A DNA stretch of 64,000 nt from an uncultured Bacteroidales bacterium. GTDB lineage: Bacteria > Bacteroidota > Bacteroidia > Bacteroidales > UBA7960. A program made the position numbers and the translations under genes. This document shows, in pieces, positions 40,015-49,386 of this stretch; the first letter of the stretch is position 1; the number at the start of each line of letters is the position of its first letter. Location of the stretch: the NCBI GenBank assembly GCA_964614525.1, contig CAZTPA010000007.1:3709-67708 (forward strand). Direction: 5' to 3'. The notes under the pieces are model-generated. The model ran no database searches, was not told where the DNA came from, and saw nothing but the letters and a program-made list of their open reading frames with translations.

Positions 40015-40842
40015 ATGACTCAATTAAAAAAATTATTACTATCTCTTACTATAATTGTAGGACTTTCAATCACTGCTTTTGGGCAGGTTTTGGATGCACC
40101 ACCAAGAGATAATTTTTATGATAAAATATGGATAGAGCAGAAAACACCTGTTGAACTTCCATATGTTAGAGAAGTTGAAGTAATGTGGTCAAAAACTGTT
40201 TGGCAGGTTATTGATATGCGCGAGAAAATTAATCAACCATTTTATTTTCCCGTTACTCCTATTCAAAACAGACGTAGCCTGATGCAAATTATTTATGATG
40301 GAATCAGAGAGGGTGCTATTATTGCCTATCAGGATGATGAGTTTACAACTCCCCTTACTCCTGAAGAAATTCAGGAAAATTTGCAACGCGTCGAAACTTT
40401 CGAAAATCCTGAAACCAATGAAATTGACGAAATTGTTATTGAATTTAGAACCGATGAGGTTACAAAGTTTAGGGTTAAAGAGGTTTGGTTTGTTGATAGC
40501 AAAAGATCAATACTTGATGTCAGAGTCTTGGGAATATCTCCTGTTAGACAGCGCGAAATTGGTGATTTAGGACTAGTTGATGAACCTTTATTTTGGGTAT
40601 ATTACCCTCATTGTAGAAATATATTTGTAAATGCGGAAGTATTTAACAGACATAATGATGCTCAGAGAATTTCTTTTGATGATATGTTCCTTCGTAGAAT
40701 GTATAACAGTTATATTTACAAAGAATCCAATGTCTATGACAGAACAATTGCACAATACTATCAAGGCCTTGACGCTTTATTAGAAGCAGATAAGATTAAA
40801 AATGAAATAAGAGATTATGAATTAGATCTTTGGGAATATTAA
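40015..40842 (+). CDS. gldN: T9SS / gliding motility protein GldN (PorN)
   Basis: Signal peptide and the last position in the K-L-M-N operon. WSKTVWQVIDMREKINQPFYFP is typical of GldN. An alternative start is ATG 39997. Confidence 0.8.
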   Translation: MTQLKKLLLSLTIIVGLSITAFGQVLDAPPRDNFYDKIWIEQKTPVELPYVREVEVMWSKTVWQVIDMREKINQPFYFPVTPIQNRRSLMQIIYDGIREGAIIAYQDDEFTTPLTPEEIQENLQRVETFENPETNEIDEIVIEFRTDEVTKFRVKEVWFVDSKRSILDVRVLGISPVRQREIGDLGLVDEPLFWVYYPHCRNIFVNAEVFNRHNDAQRISFDDMFLRRMYNSYIYKESNVYDRTIAQYYQGLDALLEADKIKNEIRDYELDLWEY

Positions 40843-40860
40843 TTAACATATCCTCTAGTA

Positions 40861-40893
40861 AAAAAGGCCGTATCATTTGATACGGCCTTTTTT
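40861..40893. terminator. Bidirectional rho-independent terminator
   Basis: aaaaa-ggccgtatc-attt-gatacggcc-tttttt, lying between the convergent gldN and fumarase genes. Confidence 0.85.
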
Positions 40894-40911
40894 ACTTATT
40901 ATATATACTAT

Positions 40912-42525
40912 TTACATTTTATAAAAATCATTACCCTTGTCATCAACTAAGATGAATGCCGGGAAATTTTTAACTTCAATTTTATAAATAGCTTCCATTC
41001 CCAACTCCGGATATTCAATTAGTTCTACTTTTTTAATATTCTCCTGTGCAAGTATTGCAGCAGGACCACCTATGCTGCCAAGATAAAAACCTCCATGCTT
41101 TTTACATGCATCGGTAACAGCTTGACTACGGTTTCCTTTTGCTATCATTATCATGCTTCCGCCTTTTTGCTGGAAAGAATCTACATAAGAGTCCATTCTG
41201 CCTGCAGTTGTTGGTCCAAATGAACCGGAGGCCATTCCTTCAGGAGTTTTTGCCGGCCCTGCATAATATATAGGATGATCTTTTATGTATTGAGGAAGGT
41301 CTTCTCCCTTATCAAGGCGTTCTTGTAATTTTGCATGTGCAATATCTCTTCCAACAATTATAGTTCCTGTTAAGGAAAGCCTGGTTCCTACTTTGTGTTT
41401 TGATAATTCGGCAAGAATTTCTTTCATTGGCTTCTGAAGGTCAATTTGCACAGCACCTTTATCATCAGTCTTTCTAAGCTCCTCAGGAATAAACCTTCCG
41501 GGATTGTCTTCAAGTTTTTCTAACCAAATACCTTCTTTATTTATTTTTGCTTTTATATTTCTGTCAGCTGCACATGATACTCCCATGCCTACAGGACATG
41601 ATGCACCATGACGTGTTAAGCGTATTATTCTAATATCTAATGCAAAATATTTTCCTCCAAACTGTGCCCCAATTCCTAAATTATGTGCCGCCTCAAGAAT
41701 TTTTTGTTCTAATTCAATATCTCTAAAAGCTTGGCCACCCTCATTACCTTTAGTTGGCAATTTATCCAGATATTTTGCTGAAGCAAGCTTTACAGTTTTC
41801 AAACAGGCCTCAGCAGATGTGCCACCTATGACGAAAGCAACATGATATGGTGGGCATGCTGCTGTTCCTAATGTTTTTAGCTTTTCAACAAGATACTTTT
41901 CTAGTTTATTTGGATTTAGTAAAGCTTTTGTTTCTTGGAATAATGCAGTTTTATTTGCTGAACCGCCTCCTTTTGCAACGAACAGAAAGTTATACTCTTC
42001 TCCCTCTGCCACGTGAAGATCTATTTGTGGAGGTAAGTTTGTGCCGGAATTTTTTTCTGTATACATATCAAAAGGAATAACCTGCGAATATCTTAAATAC
42101 TCTTCAGTATATGTTTTATAAATACCTTTTGTTAGCGCTTTATAATCGTTTCCCTCTGTCCATACTTGCTGCCCCTTTTTTGCATAAACTGTTGCAGTAC
42201 CTGTGTCCTGGCAAAAAGGTAAATGACCTTTTGCTGAAACCTCTGCATTCTTCAATAATGTTAATGCAACGTATTTGTCATTTTCACTGGCCTCAGGATC
42301 TTTTAAAATAGCAGCCATTTGTTTAATATGATCTGTACGTAATTTAAACGAACAATCTACCATAGCTTTCGAGGCCAATTTTTCTAAACCTTCGTTTTCA
42401 ACTATTAACATTGATTTTCCGTTAAATTCTTTTGTTTTGATATAATCCTTTGTTAGCAGATAGTAATCTGTTTCATCTTTACCCAAAGGAAAAGGTTCCT
42501 GATAATTGAAATCCGGTGCAGACAT
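40912..42525 (-). CDS. Class I (Fe-S dependent) fumarate hydratase
   Basis: 537 aa. N-terminal FCQDTGTA, and GGGSANK and TGPAKTPEG-like segments in the alpha and beta domains. Confidence 0.9.
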   Translation of the reverse strand: MSAPDFNYQEPFPLGKDETDYYLLTKDYIKTKEFNGKSMLIVENEGLEKLASKAMVDCSFKLRTDHIKQMAAILKDPEASENDKYVALTLLKNAEVSAKGHLPFCQDTGTATVYAKKGQQVWTEGNDYKALTKGIYKTYTEEYLRYSQVIPFDMYTEKNSGTNLPPQIDLHVAEGEEYNFLFVAKGGGSANKTALFQETKALLNPNKLEKYLVEKLKTLGTAACPPYHVAFVIGGTSAEACLKTVKLASAKYLDKLPTKGNEGGQAFRDIELEQKILEAAHNLGIGAQFGGKYFALDIRIIRLTRHGASCPVGMGVSCAADRNIKAKINKEGIWLEKLEDNPGRFIPEELRKTDDKGAVQIDLQKPMKEILAELSKHKVGTRLSLTGTIIVGRDIAHAKLQERLDKGEDLPQYIKDHPIYYAGPAKTPEGMASGSFGPTTAGRMDSYVDSFQQKGGSMIMIAKGNRSQAVTDACKKHGGFYLGSIGGPAAILAQENIKKVELIEYPELGMEAIYKIEVKNFPAFILVDDKGNDFYKM

Positions 42526-42776
42526 ATGTTTTGTGTTTTATGGTTAGAAAATTTTGTTTTGTTTTATAAAAATAGCTTAAAGAAAATGAAACTCAAAGCA
42601 TTATCAAAAAAATCTTTTCATTATAATTTGCAATTGCTTGTTTTTGGGTAAAAGAAATGTTTTCTAAAAGTGGAAATATTAAACGTATAATATGTTTTGC
42701 TATAATATGAATTTCAGCTCATTTCACAAATGTTTATTATTAAAATCTTATCATTTTTGTTTATTATCTTTGCAGC

Positions 42777-43109
42777 ATGGAATCAAACAGACAAAAACGG
42801 ATATCGCGTTTATTACAGAAAGATCTTGGAGAAATCTTTCAAATAGAATCAAAAAACTTTGCACCTGGTGCAATGATAACAGTTACAAAAGTAAATGTAA
42901 CTTCAGACTTATCTTTGGCAAGAGTATATTTAAGTATTTTCGGCAAGGATGCGTCAGAAGTGATAAATGCAGTTGAACTTCAAAACAAGATAATTAGAAA
43001 AAAACTTGGCGATAGAATAAAAAATCAATTGAGGAAGACTCCTGAGCTTCGATTTTTTATTGATGACAGCCTTGATTATCTTGAAAATATTGAGAAGTTG
43101 CTTAAATAA
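42777..43109 (+). CDS. rbfA: Ribosome-binding factor A
   Basis: 110 aa. RQKRISRLLQKDLGEIF...TVTKVNVTSDLSLARVYLSIF. Confidence 0.85.
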   Translation: MESNRQKRISRLLQKDLGEIFQIESKNFAPGAMITVTKVNVTSDLSLARVYLSIFGKDASEVINAVELQNKIIRKKLGDRIKNQLRKTPELRFFIDDSLDYLENIEKLLK

Positions 43110-43117
43110 ATGTTAAT

Positions 43118-43930
43118 ATGGAATATGATCCTATAAAAAGGCGACTCGGAAGTTTTTTCTATCGTAATTTATTTACACTGAAAATATTTTATTTTATTCT
43201 TGACCTTTTGTTCTTACGCACCTGGTATGTTCATCGCGAATTGAAAAGCTTTGCCCGCCAAAACAAAAATTCATCAATTATTCATGTGCTTGATGCCGGA
43301 AGTGGGTTTGGCCAATATTCATGGTATATGGCAAGAAAATTTAGACGCTGGAATATACTTGGTGTTGATGTTAAAGAAGAAGAGATAGAGCAATCACAAT
43401 TATTTTTTAAAAAGGCAAAACTTAATAATTGCAGTTTTGAAGTGAAGGATCTAACATCTTATATCTCACCTGATAAATTTAATTTGATATTGTCGGTTGA
43501 TGTAATGGAACATATTGAGGAAGACCAAAAGGTTTTTGACAACTTTTATAAAAGCTTAAAGAAAAATGGTCTTTTAATAATTAGTACTCCTTCCGATCAG
43601 GGTGGATCTGACATTAATCATGAGGGAGATGAGTCATTTATTTCGGAGCATGTCAGAGACGGTTATTCTTCCGTCGAGATTAAAGAGAAATTGGAAAACT
43701 CAGGATTTAAGGATATAAAGACCAAATACTCTTATGGTAAAGCAGGAAGTCTTGCATGGCGAGTTTCCATAAAGTATCCGGCTTTATTGCTGAATACATC
43801 AAAGTGGTTTTTTATATTATTACCATTATACTATATAATATTTTATCCTATTTGTTATCTTTCGAATTTTATTGATGTCCATTCTGATAATAAAAAAGGT
43901 ACAGGATTGATTGTAACAGCTGTAAAATAA
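43118..43930 (+). CDS. Class I SAM-dependent methyltransferase with a hydrophobic C-terminal tail
   Basis: Motif I VLDAGSGFGQY and a post-I acidic residue (GVDV). TM-like segment WFFILLPLYYIIFYPICYL. Confidence 0.7.
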   Translation: MEYDPIKRRLGSFFYRNLFTLKIFYFILDLLFLRTWYVHRELKSFARQNKNSSIIHVLDAGSGFGQYSWYMARKFRRWNILGVDVKEEEIEQSQLFFKKAKLNNCSFEVKDLTSYISPDKFNLILSVDVMEHIEEDQKVFDNFYKSLKKNGLLIISTPSDQGGSDINHEGDESFISEHVRDGYSSVEIKEKLENSGFKDIKTKYSYGKAGSLAWRVSIKYPALLLNTSKWFFILLPLYYIIFYPICYLSNFIDVHSDNKKGTGLIVTAVK

Positions 43931-43948
43931 AAAATCCAGAAAATAAGA

Positions 43949-45169
43949 ATGAAACTTTCACTTTTAATAGCAAGGCGATATTTGTTTGCAAAAAAATCTC
44001 ACAATATAATAAATGTTGTGTCTTTAATATCTGTTGTCGGCGTAGGTGTTGGTGCTATGGCTTTAATAATAGTATTGAGTGTTTTTAATGGTTTTGAGAA
44101 GCTGATACTTTCGATTTTCGACTCGTATAATCCGGATATTGAAATTTCAATAAGTGAAGGCAAAACATTTAGGTTAGAGGATTTGCCTGCTGAGGAACTT
44201 TCCAGGATTCCGGGTGTGCTATATATTGATGAAATAGTTGAAGAATCTGCTATGATTACATATAGAAACAAACAGCACTTAGTTAGAATGAGAGGTGTAG
44301 GTGATAACTATATGAAAATTACCGGCATGGATACTTTAATTGTAGAAGGGACTCCCAATTTTAAAGAGGGCAGCAGAGATTACCTGCTTCTGGGACAGGG
44401 AGTTGCGTATATGCTGAATTCCAGCATACACGACATTAGAAATTTCCATAATATTTATGTTCCCAAAAGAGGTAAGCAAACTGTAATGCATCCTTCACAG
44501 GCTTTTAATGCCAGCTCTAATATAGTTGCAGGAGTTTTTGGTATGCAATCTGAGTTTGACATGGAATATATTTTGGTGCCAATCCGGCTTGCCCGCTCAT
44601 TATTGGAGTATGATGATGAAATTACTACTCTGGCTATAGACATAGACCCAACTTATAATCACAAACGTGTACAGAAAAATATCCAAAATTTAATAGGTGA
44701 TAAATATGTTGTAAAAAATCGATTGCAGCAGCAAGAGTTTCTTTATAAAATTATGAGATCTGAAAAATGGGCAATTTACCTTATTCTAACATTTATTCTT
44801 ATTATTGCTGCATTTAATGTGGTAGGTTCTTTAACAATGCTTGTTATAGAGAAAAGAAAAGATATAAAAACTTTATGGTATTTGGGTGCAGACAAAGCTT
44901 TGCTTAAAAGAATTTTTATGCTTGAGGGAATAATGATCAGTATAGGTGGGGCTTTTATAGGTCTTATTGTTGGGGCATTAGTTTGTTGGTTGCAAATACA
45001 GTTCGGTTTCATTTCTCTACAAGCCGAAGGATCTTTTATTTTGGAGGCTTATCCTGTTTCTATGAAGTTTGTTGATTTTGTATTAGTTGCTGTAACTGTT
45101 GTAATAATTGGTGTTGTTTCTTCTATTCTCCCTGTAAGAAATATTTCAAATGTTATTAATAAAGTTTAA
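43949..45169 (+). CDS. FtsX-family ABC permease, LolC/LolE-like
   Basis: 406 aa. N-terminal TM helix, a MacB-type periplasmic domain, and a C-terminal FtsX 3-TM bundle (EKRKDIKTLWYLGA). Confidence 0.75.
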   Translation: MKLSLLIARRYLFAKKSHNIINVVSLISVVGVGVGAMALIIVLSVFNGFEKLILSIFDSYNPDIEISISEGKTFRLEDLPAEELSRIPGVLYIDEIVEESAMITYRNKQHLVRMRGVGDNYMKITGMDTLIVEGTPNFKEGSRDYLLLGQGVAYMLNSSIHDIRNFHNIYVPKRGKQTVMHPSQAFNASSNIVAGVFGMQSEFDMEYILVPIRLARSLLEYDDEITTLAIDIDPTYNHKRVQKNIQNLIGDKYVVKNRLQQQEFLYKIMRSEKWAIYLILTFILIIAAFNVVGSLTMLVIEKRKDIKTLWYLGADKALLKRIFMLEGIMISIGGAFIGLIVGALVCWLQIQFGFISLQAEGSFILEAYPVSMKFVDFVLVAVTVVIIGVVSSILPVRNISNVINKV

Positions 45170-45435
45170 TAAAAAAATAACAAGCTTGTTTTTTCTCTCT
45201 TATTTTTGTTTTTATCTATCTCAGATATAACTTTTCTATTAAATAAACACTTGTTTATCTGGCAGAAAAATAAATATGTTTGTTCTTTAAAAAAGAAAGC
45301 ATTATCTTTACAAATGCTTAATTTTGAGAATTTTACGAAGCATAAATTTATAAAAAACACCTTTTTATACCAAGAAAAAGTTTTTATATCCAAAATATAG
45401 ACCAATTAGTTTAAATTTACTTAATATTAATATTT

Positions 45436-48400
45436 ATGAAAAAATCAGCATTACAAAACACAAGAACGGACAAAATTTGCGAACCAAATTTATTTCCAAC
45501 AATTAACTCTATTCTTAAAGTCTTTTTAATAATTATTATTACAGGCTTTTCATATCCACTCTTTTCACAGGATATAGTTATTGATTTTGAAAAAAGTAAA
45601 AGCACTACAATTGTAGAAAAGAATAATTTTAATTCAACAAAGATTGACTTTGTTTTTAAGGGCTTGAACGCTCTTGATGTTGCAAGTGAGAAAGGTGGTT
45701 TTACTGAGCTGATTTTGCCGGAAGGATTTAGTGTAGGAAGTCTTGGGACTCCAAAGTTGCCTGCAGCAAAGAATTTAATTGAAATTCCATTTGGTGCAGA
45801 AGTTAATGTTAAAGTAGTAAGTTACACAACTGAAGAATACAAATTGTCAGATTATGGAATTTATAATAAGATTTTTCCGGTTCAGCCATCATTAAGAAAA
45901 GATCAGGACATAAAAGATGTTCCTTTTGAATATATTGAATCTTTGTATAATGAAAATGAATTTATTGAACATGAAAAAGCCCAAATAGAAGTATTGGGTG
46001 TTCTAAGAGGTGTCCGTCTGGCAAGGCTTACCGTTGCTCCGGTTGCCTATAATCCTGTAGAAGGAATTATCAGGGTTTATAATGATATTGAAGTTGAAAT
46101 TGAGTATTCAGGTGCTGATGAACAATTATCAAATCATATTAAGGCATCAACGTATTCTCCATATTTTGATGTTGTTTATAATCAGGTTATAAATCGTTAT
46201 GCAGATCATGATTTATATGATGAGTATCCTGACCTAACCAAAGAGCCTGTTAAAATGCTGGTTGTCTCTCATCGTGATTTTGAAGAAACACTGGCTCCAT
46301 TTATTGAATGGAAAACACAACAGGGATTTTATGTCACTGTTGCATATACTGATGATATTGGAACGTCAGCTTCTGATATTCAAACATACATACATGATGA
46401 GTATAATGCAGCAACTCCTGAAGATCCTGCTCCCACATTTTTAATTGTAGTTGGAGATTCCGACAATTTGCCTGCTTCAGCTACAGGCAGTTCATCAAGT
46501 GCTGTGACTGATTTGTATTATGCTTCTGTTGATGGAGACTATTTCCCTGAAATGTATTACGGAAGATTATCTGCAAGAAATGTTACTGAGCTGGAGAATC
46601 AGCTTGATAAGATTTTATATTATCAAAGGTATGAATTTGATGACCCTTCTTATCTTAATGATGTGACTCTTATTGCAGGAGCGGATGGAACATGGAATCC
46701 TCGCGTGGGGCAACCTACAGTTCAGTATGGCACTGAATATTATTTTAATGCTGCAAATGGATTTGTAAATGTAAATGACTACTTGTCATCATACTCAGGA
46801 TGTTATGATGAGGATAGAATTGCTGTAGGTTATTTAAATTATACTGCACATTGTTCACAAACAAGTTGGGGAGATCCTTCTCTTACCGTTTCAGATGTTC
46901 ATAATATGACAAATGCCGGCAAATATCATCTTGCAATTGGTAATTGTTGCCAAAGTTCAATGTTTAGCAATCCTGAATCTATTGGTGAAGCTTTTGTTCG
47001 TGCAGCAAATAAAGGTGCAGTGGCCTATATTGGTTCATGTCCAAGTACATATTGGTTTGAAGATTTTTACTGGTCTGTTGGAGCTTTCCCTATTTCAGGT
47101 GATAATAACGGTTATGTTCCAACTGATGAAGAAACAACAATTGGCACATATGATGCTCCTTATGTTAGTGATTATACTGCTGTTGGTTCAATGCAGTTTG
47201 TAGGTAATCTCGCTGTTACTGTTGTTGATATTGAAAATTATGCAAGTCATTCAAGTCCTTTGTATTACTGGCAGGCATATCATACTTTTGGAGACCCCTC
47301 TACAGTAATATATCTTACAGAGGGATCTGACAATGATGTTTCTCATATGCCGATTTTACCTATTGGCATGGATTATTATACAGTAAGTGCTCTTCCCGGG
47401 TCTTATGTTGGCATTTCTAAAGATGGTGTTCTGCATGGAGCAGCTTTTGTTGATGAAACCGGTGAGGTTGATGTTCCTATTGTACCAATTGTAGATGGAG
47501 GAGATGTAGTTATCGTTGTTACAAAACCTCAGCACATTCCTTATGTTGAAACTGTGCCGGCAGCTGCACTAGAAGGTCCGTTTGTTGTTTTAGATAATTT
47601 TATAATTAATGATCCTGAAGGCACTAATGAGGCTAATTACGACGAGTCTTTTACAATAGATATTACTCTGAAAAATGTTGGGGCTGATGCTAGTAATGCT
47701 GTTACAACAACTTTATCAGGGACTGATGACTATATTAACTTATTAGATGGAGATACTCAGATTGATTTTGATGCTATGGATGCAGGAGAAACCGGAAATA
47801 CCGCTACTGTTGAAGATGCATATAGCTTTGAAGTTGCTTCAGATGTTCCGGATCAGCATAGTGCAACATTTGTTCTTGAAGTTACTGATGGTGAAGAAGT
47901 TTGGGAGTCTAATCTGGTAATTAAAGCTAATGCTCCGGTATTTGATTTAAGTTCTGAATATGTGCTTGATGATAGCACAGGTGGTGATGATAATGGGCGT
48001 TTAGATCCGGGCGAATCCGGCACTATGACTTTTGAAGTTAAGAATAATGGTAATGCTAAAGCAAAACAGCCTTATGTAATTCTTAGCGGGAATTCACCCT
48101 ACTTAAATATTGAAGAAAATGAAATTGACCTGAATCCAATAAATCCCGGTGACACTATCAATATAGTTTTTAATGTTAGTGCACATTCATCTGCACCCGA
48201 TGGTTCATTGGTTGATTTACATTTAACTGTTGAAGATGGCCATTGGAATGAAGCATATAGTCAAATTACTATTGGACAGTCTCCAGAGGTTGTTATTGGT
48301 GAAGGTAACACAGCAACGCAGTATTATCCTTTCTATAATTATTATAAAGCTAACAGATCCCAAATGCTATATACTGTTGATGAGCTAGGACAAGGAGATA

Positions 48401-49347
48401 AAACAATCACAGAACTGGGAATGGATATAGTTTATGCTACACAAACTTCAGAACACCAGCTATTGCCAAATTTTAAAATTTTAATTAAGCATACAGATAT
48501 TTCTTCAATAGGCTCTTCTTTTCAAAACATGGATGAAGCTACTGTTGTGTTTGACCAAGCTGAATATCAAATGCCTTCTAGTACAGGATGGCATGTTTGG
48601 GATATTGATAATTTTGAATATGACGGAAGTAGTAATCTTATTATTGAAGTAGTTTGGGGTTTGCTTGATAATTATTGTGCCTCTGGGGAGTATTATTCTG
48701 TAAGTGGAACAGATATGGAATCAGCCAGGGTTGCTTATGGATATAGTGATTCTAATGCAAGTCCGGGATATAGCGGTAATTCTTCTGTATTGCCTAATTT
48801 ACATTTGACTTTTGCTGCAGAGGATACTGAGGAAGAAAAAACCGTAGATTTTCTTGTTAAGGATACAGATGAGAATATGGTTTCAGATGCTGCTGTCCTT
48901 ATAGGGTCATTAACAAATTATACCAATGATCAAGGCAATGCAAGTTTCTCTATTATGTCCGGCGAGTATGATTTTAAGGTTTCTAAAGAAAATTACCAAG
49001 ACTATAATGGACAGTTTGATCTTGCGAACCAAAATATTAGCGTCACTGTTATTTTACTTAAAGATGGTGAAGTAAATGCTATGCCGGCTGGAAATTCAGG
49101 TGCTATTGTAAAGATTTATCCTAACCCAACCAGAGGTTCTGTAAATGTTGAATTGAATGGCTTGGAAGGTAGCATAAATCTTTCATTGATGAATTATCAC
49201 GGTCAGATTATTTCAAAACAATCTTTTAGTGTTGATAGTTTTGGTGCCAAACACAGATTTAATATTGGAGATTTGCCAAAAGGTATTTACTACCTGAGAG
49301 TTCAATCCGGTGATTTTGTTCATATTTCAAAAATTGTATTACAATAA
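45436..49347 (+). CDS. Gingipain-like cysteine peptidase (MEROPS C25) with T9SS C-terminal sorting domain, paralog 1
   Basis: Propeptide-like N-terminus (GTPKLPAAKNLIEIPFGAE). Catalytic region LIVVGDSDNLPA, YYGRLSA, NYTAHCSQTSWGDP (His) and LAIGNCCQS (Cys). CARDB/Ig-like repeats (DDNGRLDPGE) and a carboxypeptidase-regulatory-like domain. CTD is KIYPNPTRGSVNVEL...GIYYLRVQSGDFVHISKIVLQ. Confidence 0.85.
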   Translation: MKKSALQNTRTDKICEPNLFPTINSILKVFLIIIITGFSYPLFSQDIVIDFEKSKSTTIVEKNNFNSTKIDFVFKGLNALDVASEKGGFTELILPEGFSVGSLGTPKLPAAKNLIEIPFGAEVNVKVVSYTTEEYKLSDYGIYNKIFPVQPSLRKDQDIKDVPFEYIESLYNENEFIEHEKAQIEVLGVLRGVRLARLTVAPVAYNPVEGIIRVYNDIEVEIEYSGADEQLSNHIKASTYSPYFDVVYNQVINRYADHDLYDEYPDLTKEPVKMLVVSHRDFEETLAPFIEWKTQQGFYVTVAYTDDIGTSASDIQTYIHDEYNAATPEDPAPTFLIVVGDSDNLPASATGSSSSAVTDLYYASVDGDYFPEMYYGRLSARNVTELENQLDKILYYQRYEFDDPSYLNDVTLIAGADGTWNPRVGQPTVQYGTEYYFNAANGFVNVNDYLSSYSGCYDEDRIAVGYLNYTAHCSQTSWGDPSLTVSDVHNMTNAGKYHLAIGNCCQSSMFSNPESIGEAFVRAANKGAVAYIGSCPSTYWFEDFYWSVGAFPISGDNNGYVPTDEETTIGTYDAPYVSDYTAVGSMQFVGNLAVTVVDIENYASHSSPLYYWQAYHTFGDPSTVIYLTEGSDNDVSHMPILPIGMDYYTVSALPGSYVGISKDGVLHGAAFVDETGEVDVPIVPIVDGGDVVIVVTKPQHIPYVETVPAAALEGPFVVLDNFIINDPEGTNEANYDESFTIDITLKNVGADASNAVTTTLSGTDDYINLLDGDTQIDFDAMDAGETGNTATVEDAYSFEVASDVPDQHSATFVLEVTDGEEVWESNLVIKANAPVFDLSSEYVLDDSTGGDDNGRLDPGESGTMTFEVKNNGNAKAKQPYVILSGNSPYLNIEENEIDLNPINPGDTINIVFNVSAHSSAPDGSLVDLHLTVEDGHWNEAYSQITIGQSPEVVIGEGNTATQYYPFYNYYKANRSQMLYTVDELGQGDKTITELGMDIVYATQTSEHQLLPNFKILIKHTDISSIGSSFQNMDEATVVFDQAEYQMPSSTGWHVWDIDNFEYDGSSNLIIEVVWGLLDNYCASGEYYSVSGTDMESARVAYGYSDSNASPGYSGNSSVLPNLHLTFAAEDTEEEKTVDFLVKDTDENMVSDAAVLIGSLTNYTNDQGNASFSIMSGEYDFKVSKENYQDYNGQFDLANQNISVTVILLKDGEVNAMPAGNSGAIVKIYPNPTRGSVNVELNGLEGSINLSLMNYHGQIISKQSFSVDSFGAKHRFNIGDLPKGIYYLRVQSGDFVHISKIVLQ

Positions 49348-49386
49348 TTAACTTAACATTATAATTATTAATCAAAACAAAAGACA

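Noticed and set aside
42692-42976. 94-aa ORF overlapping the start of rbfA in another frame
   Set aside because: The rbfA frame has clear family sequence. The alternative frame is Cys/Phe/Leu-rich with no motif.
45166-45605. Small ORFs (79, 64 and 62 aa) in the leader of the first C25 gene
   Set aside because: Their translations are very low-complexity (K/F/N/I) and they overlap each other on both strands. This is typical AT-rich intergenic noise.
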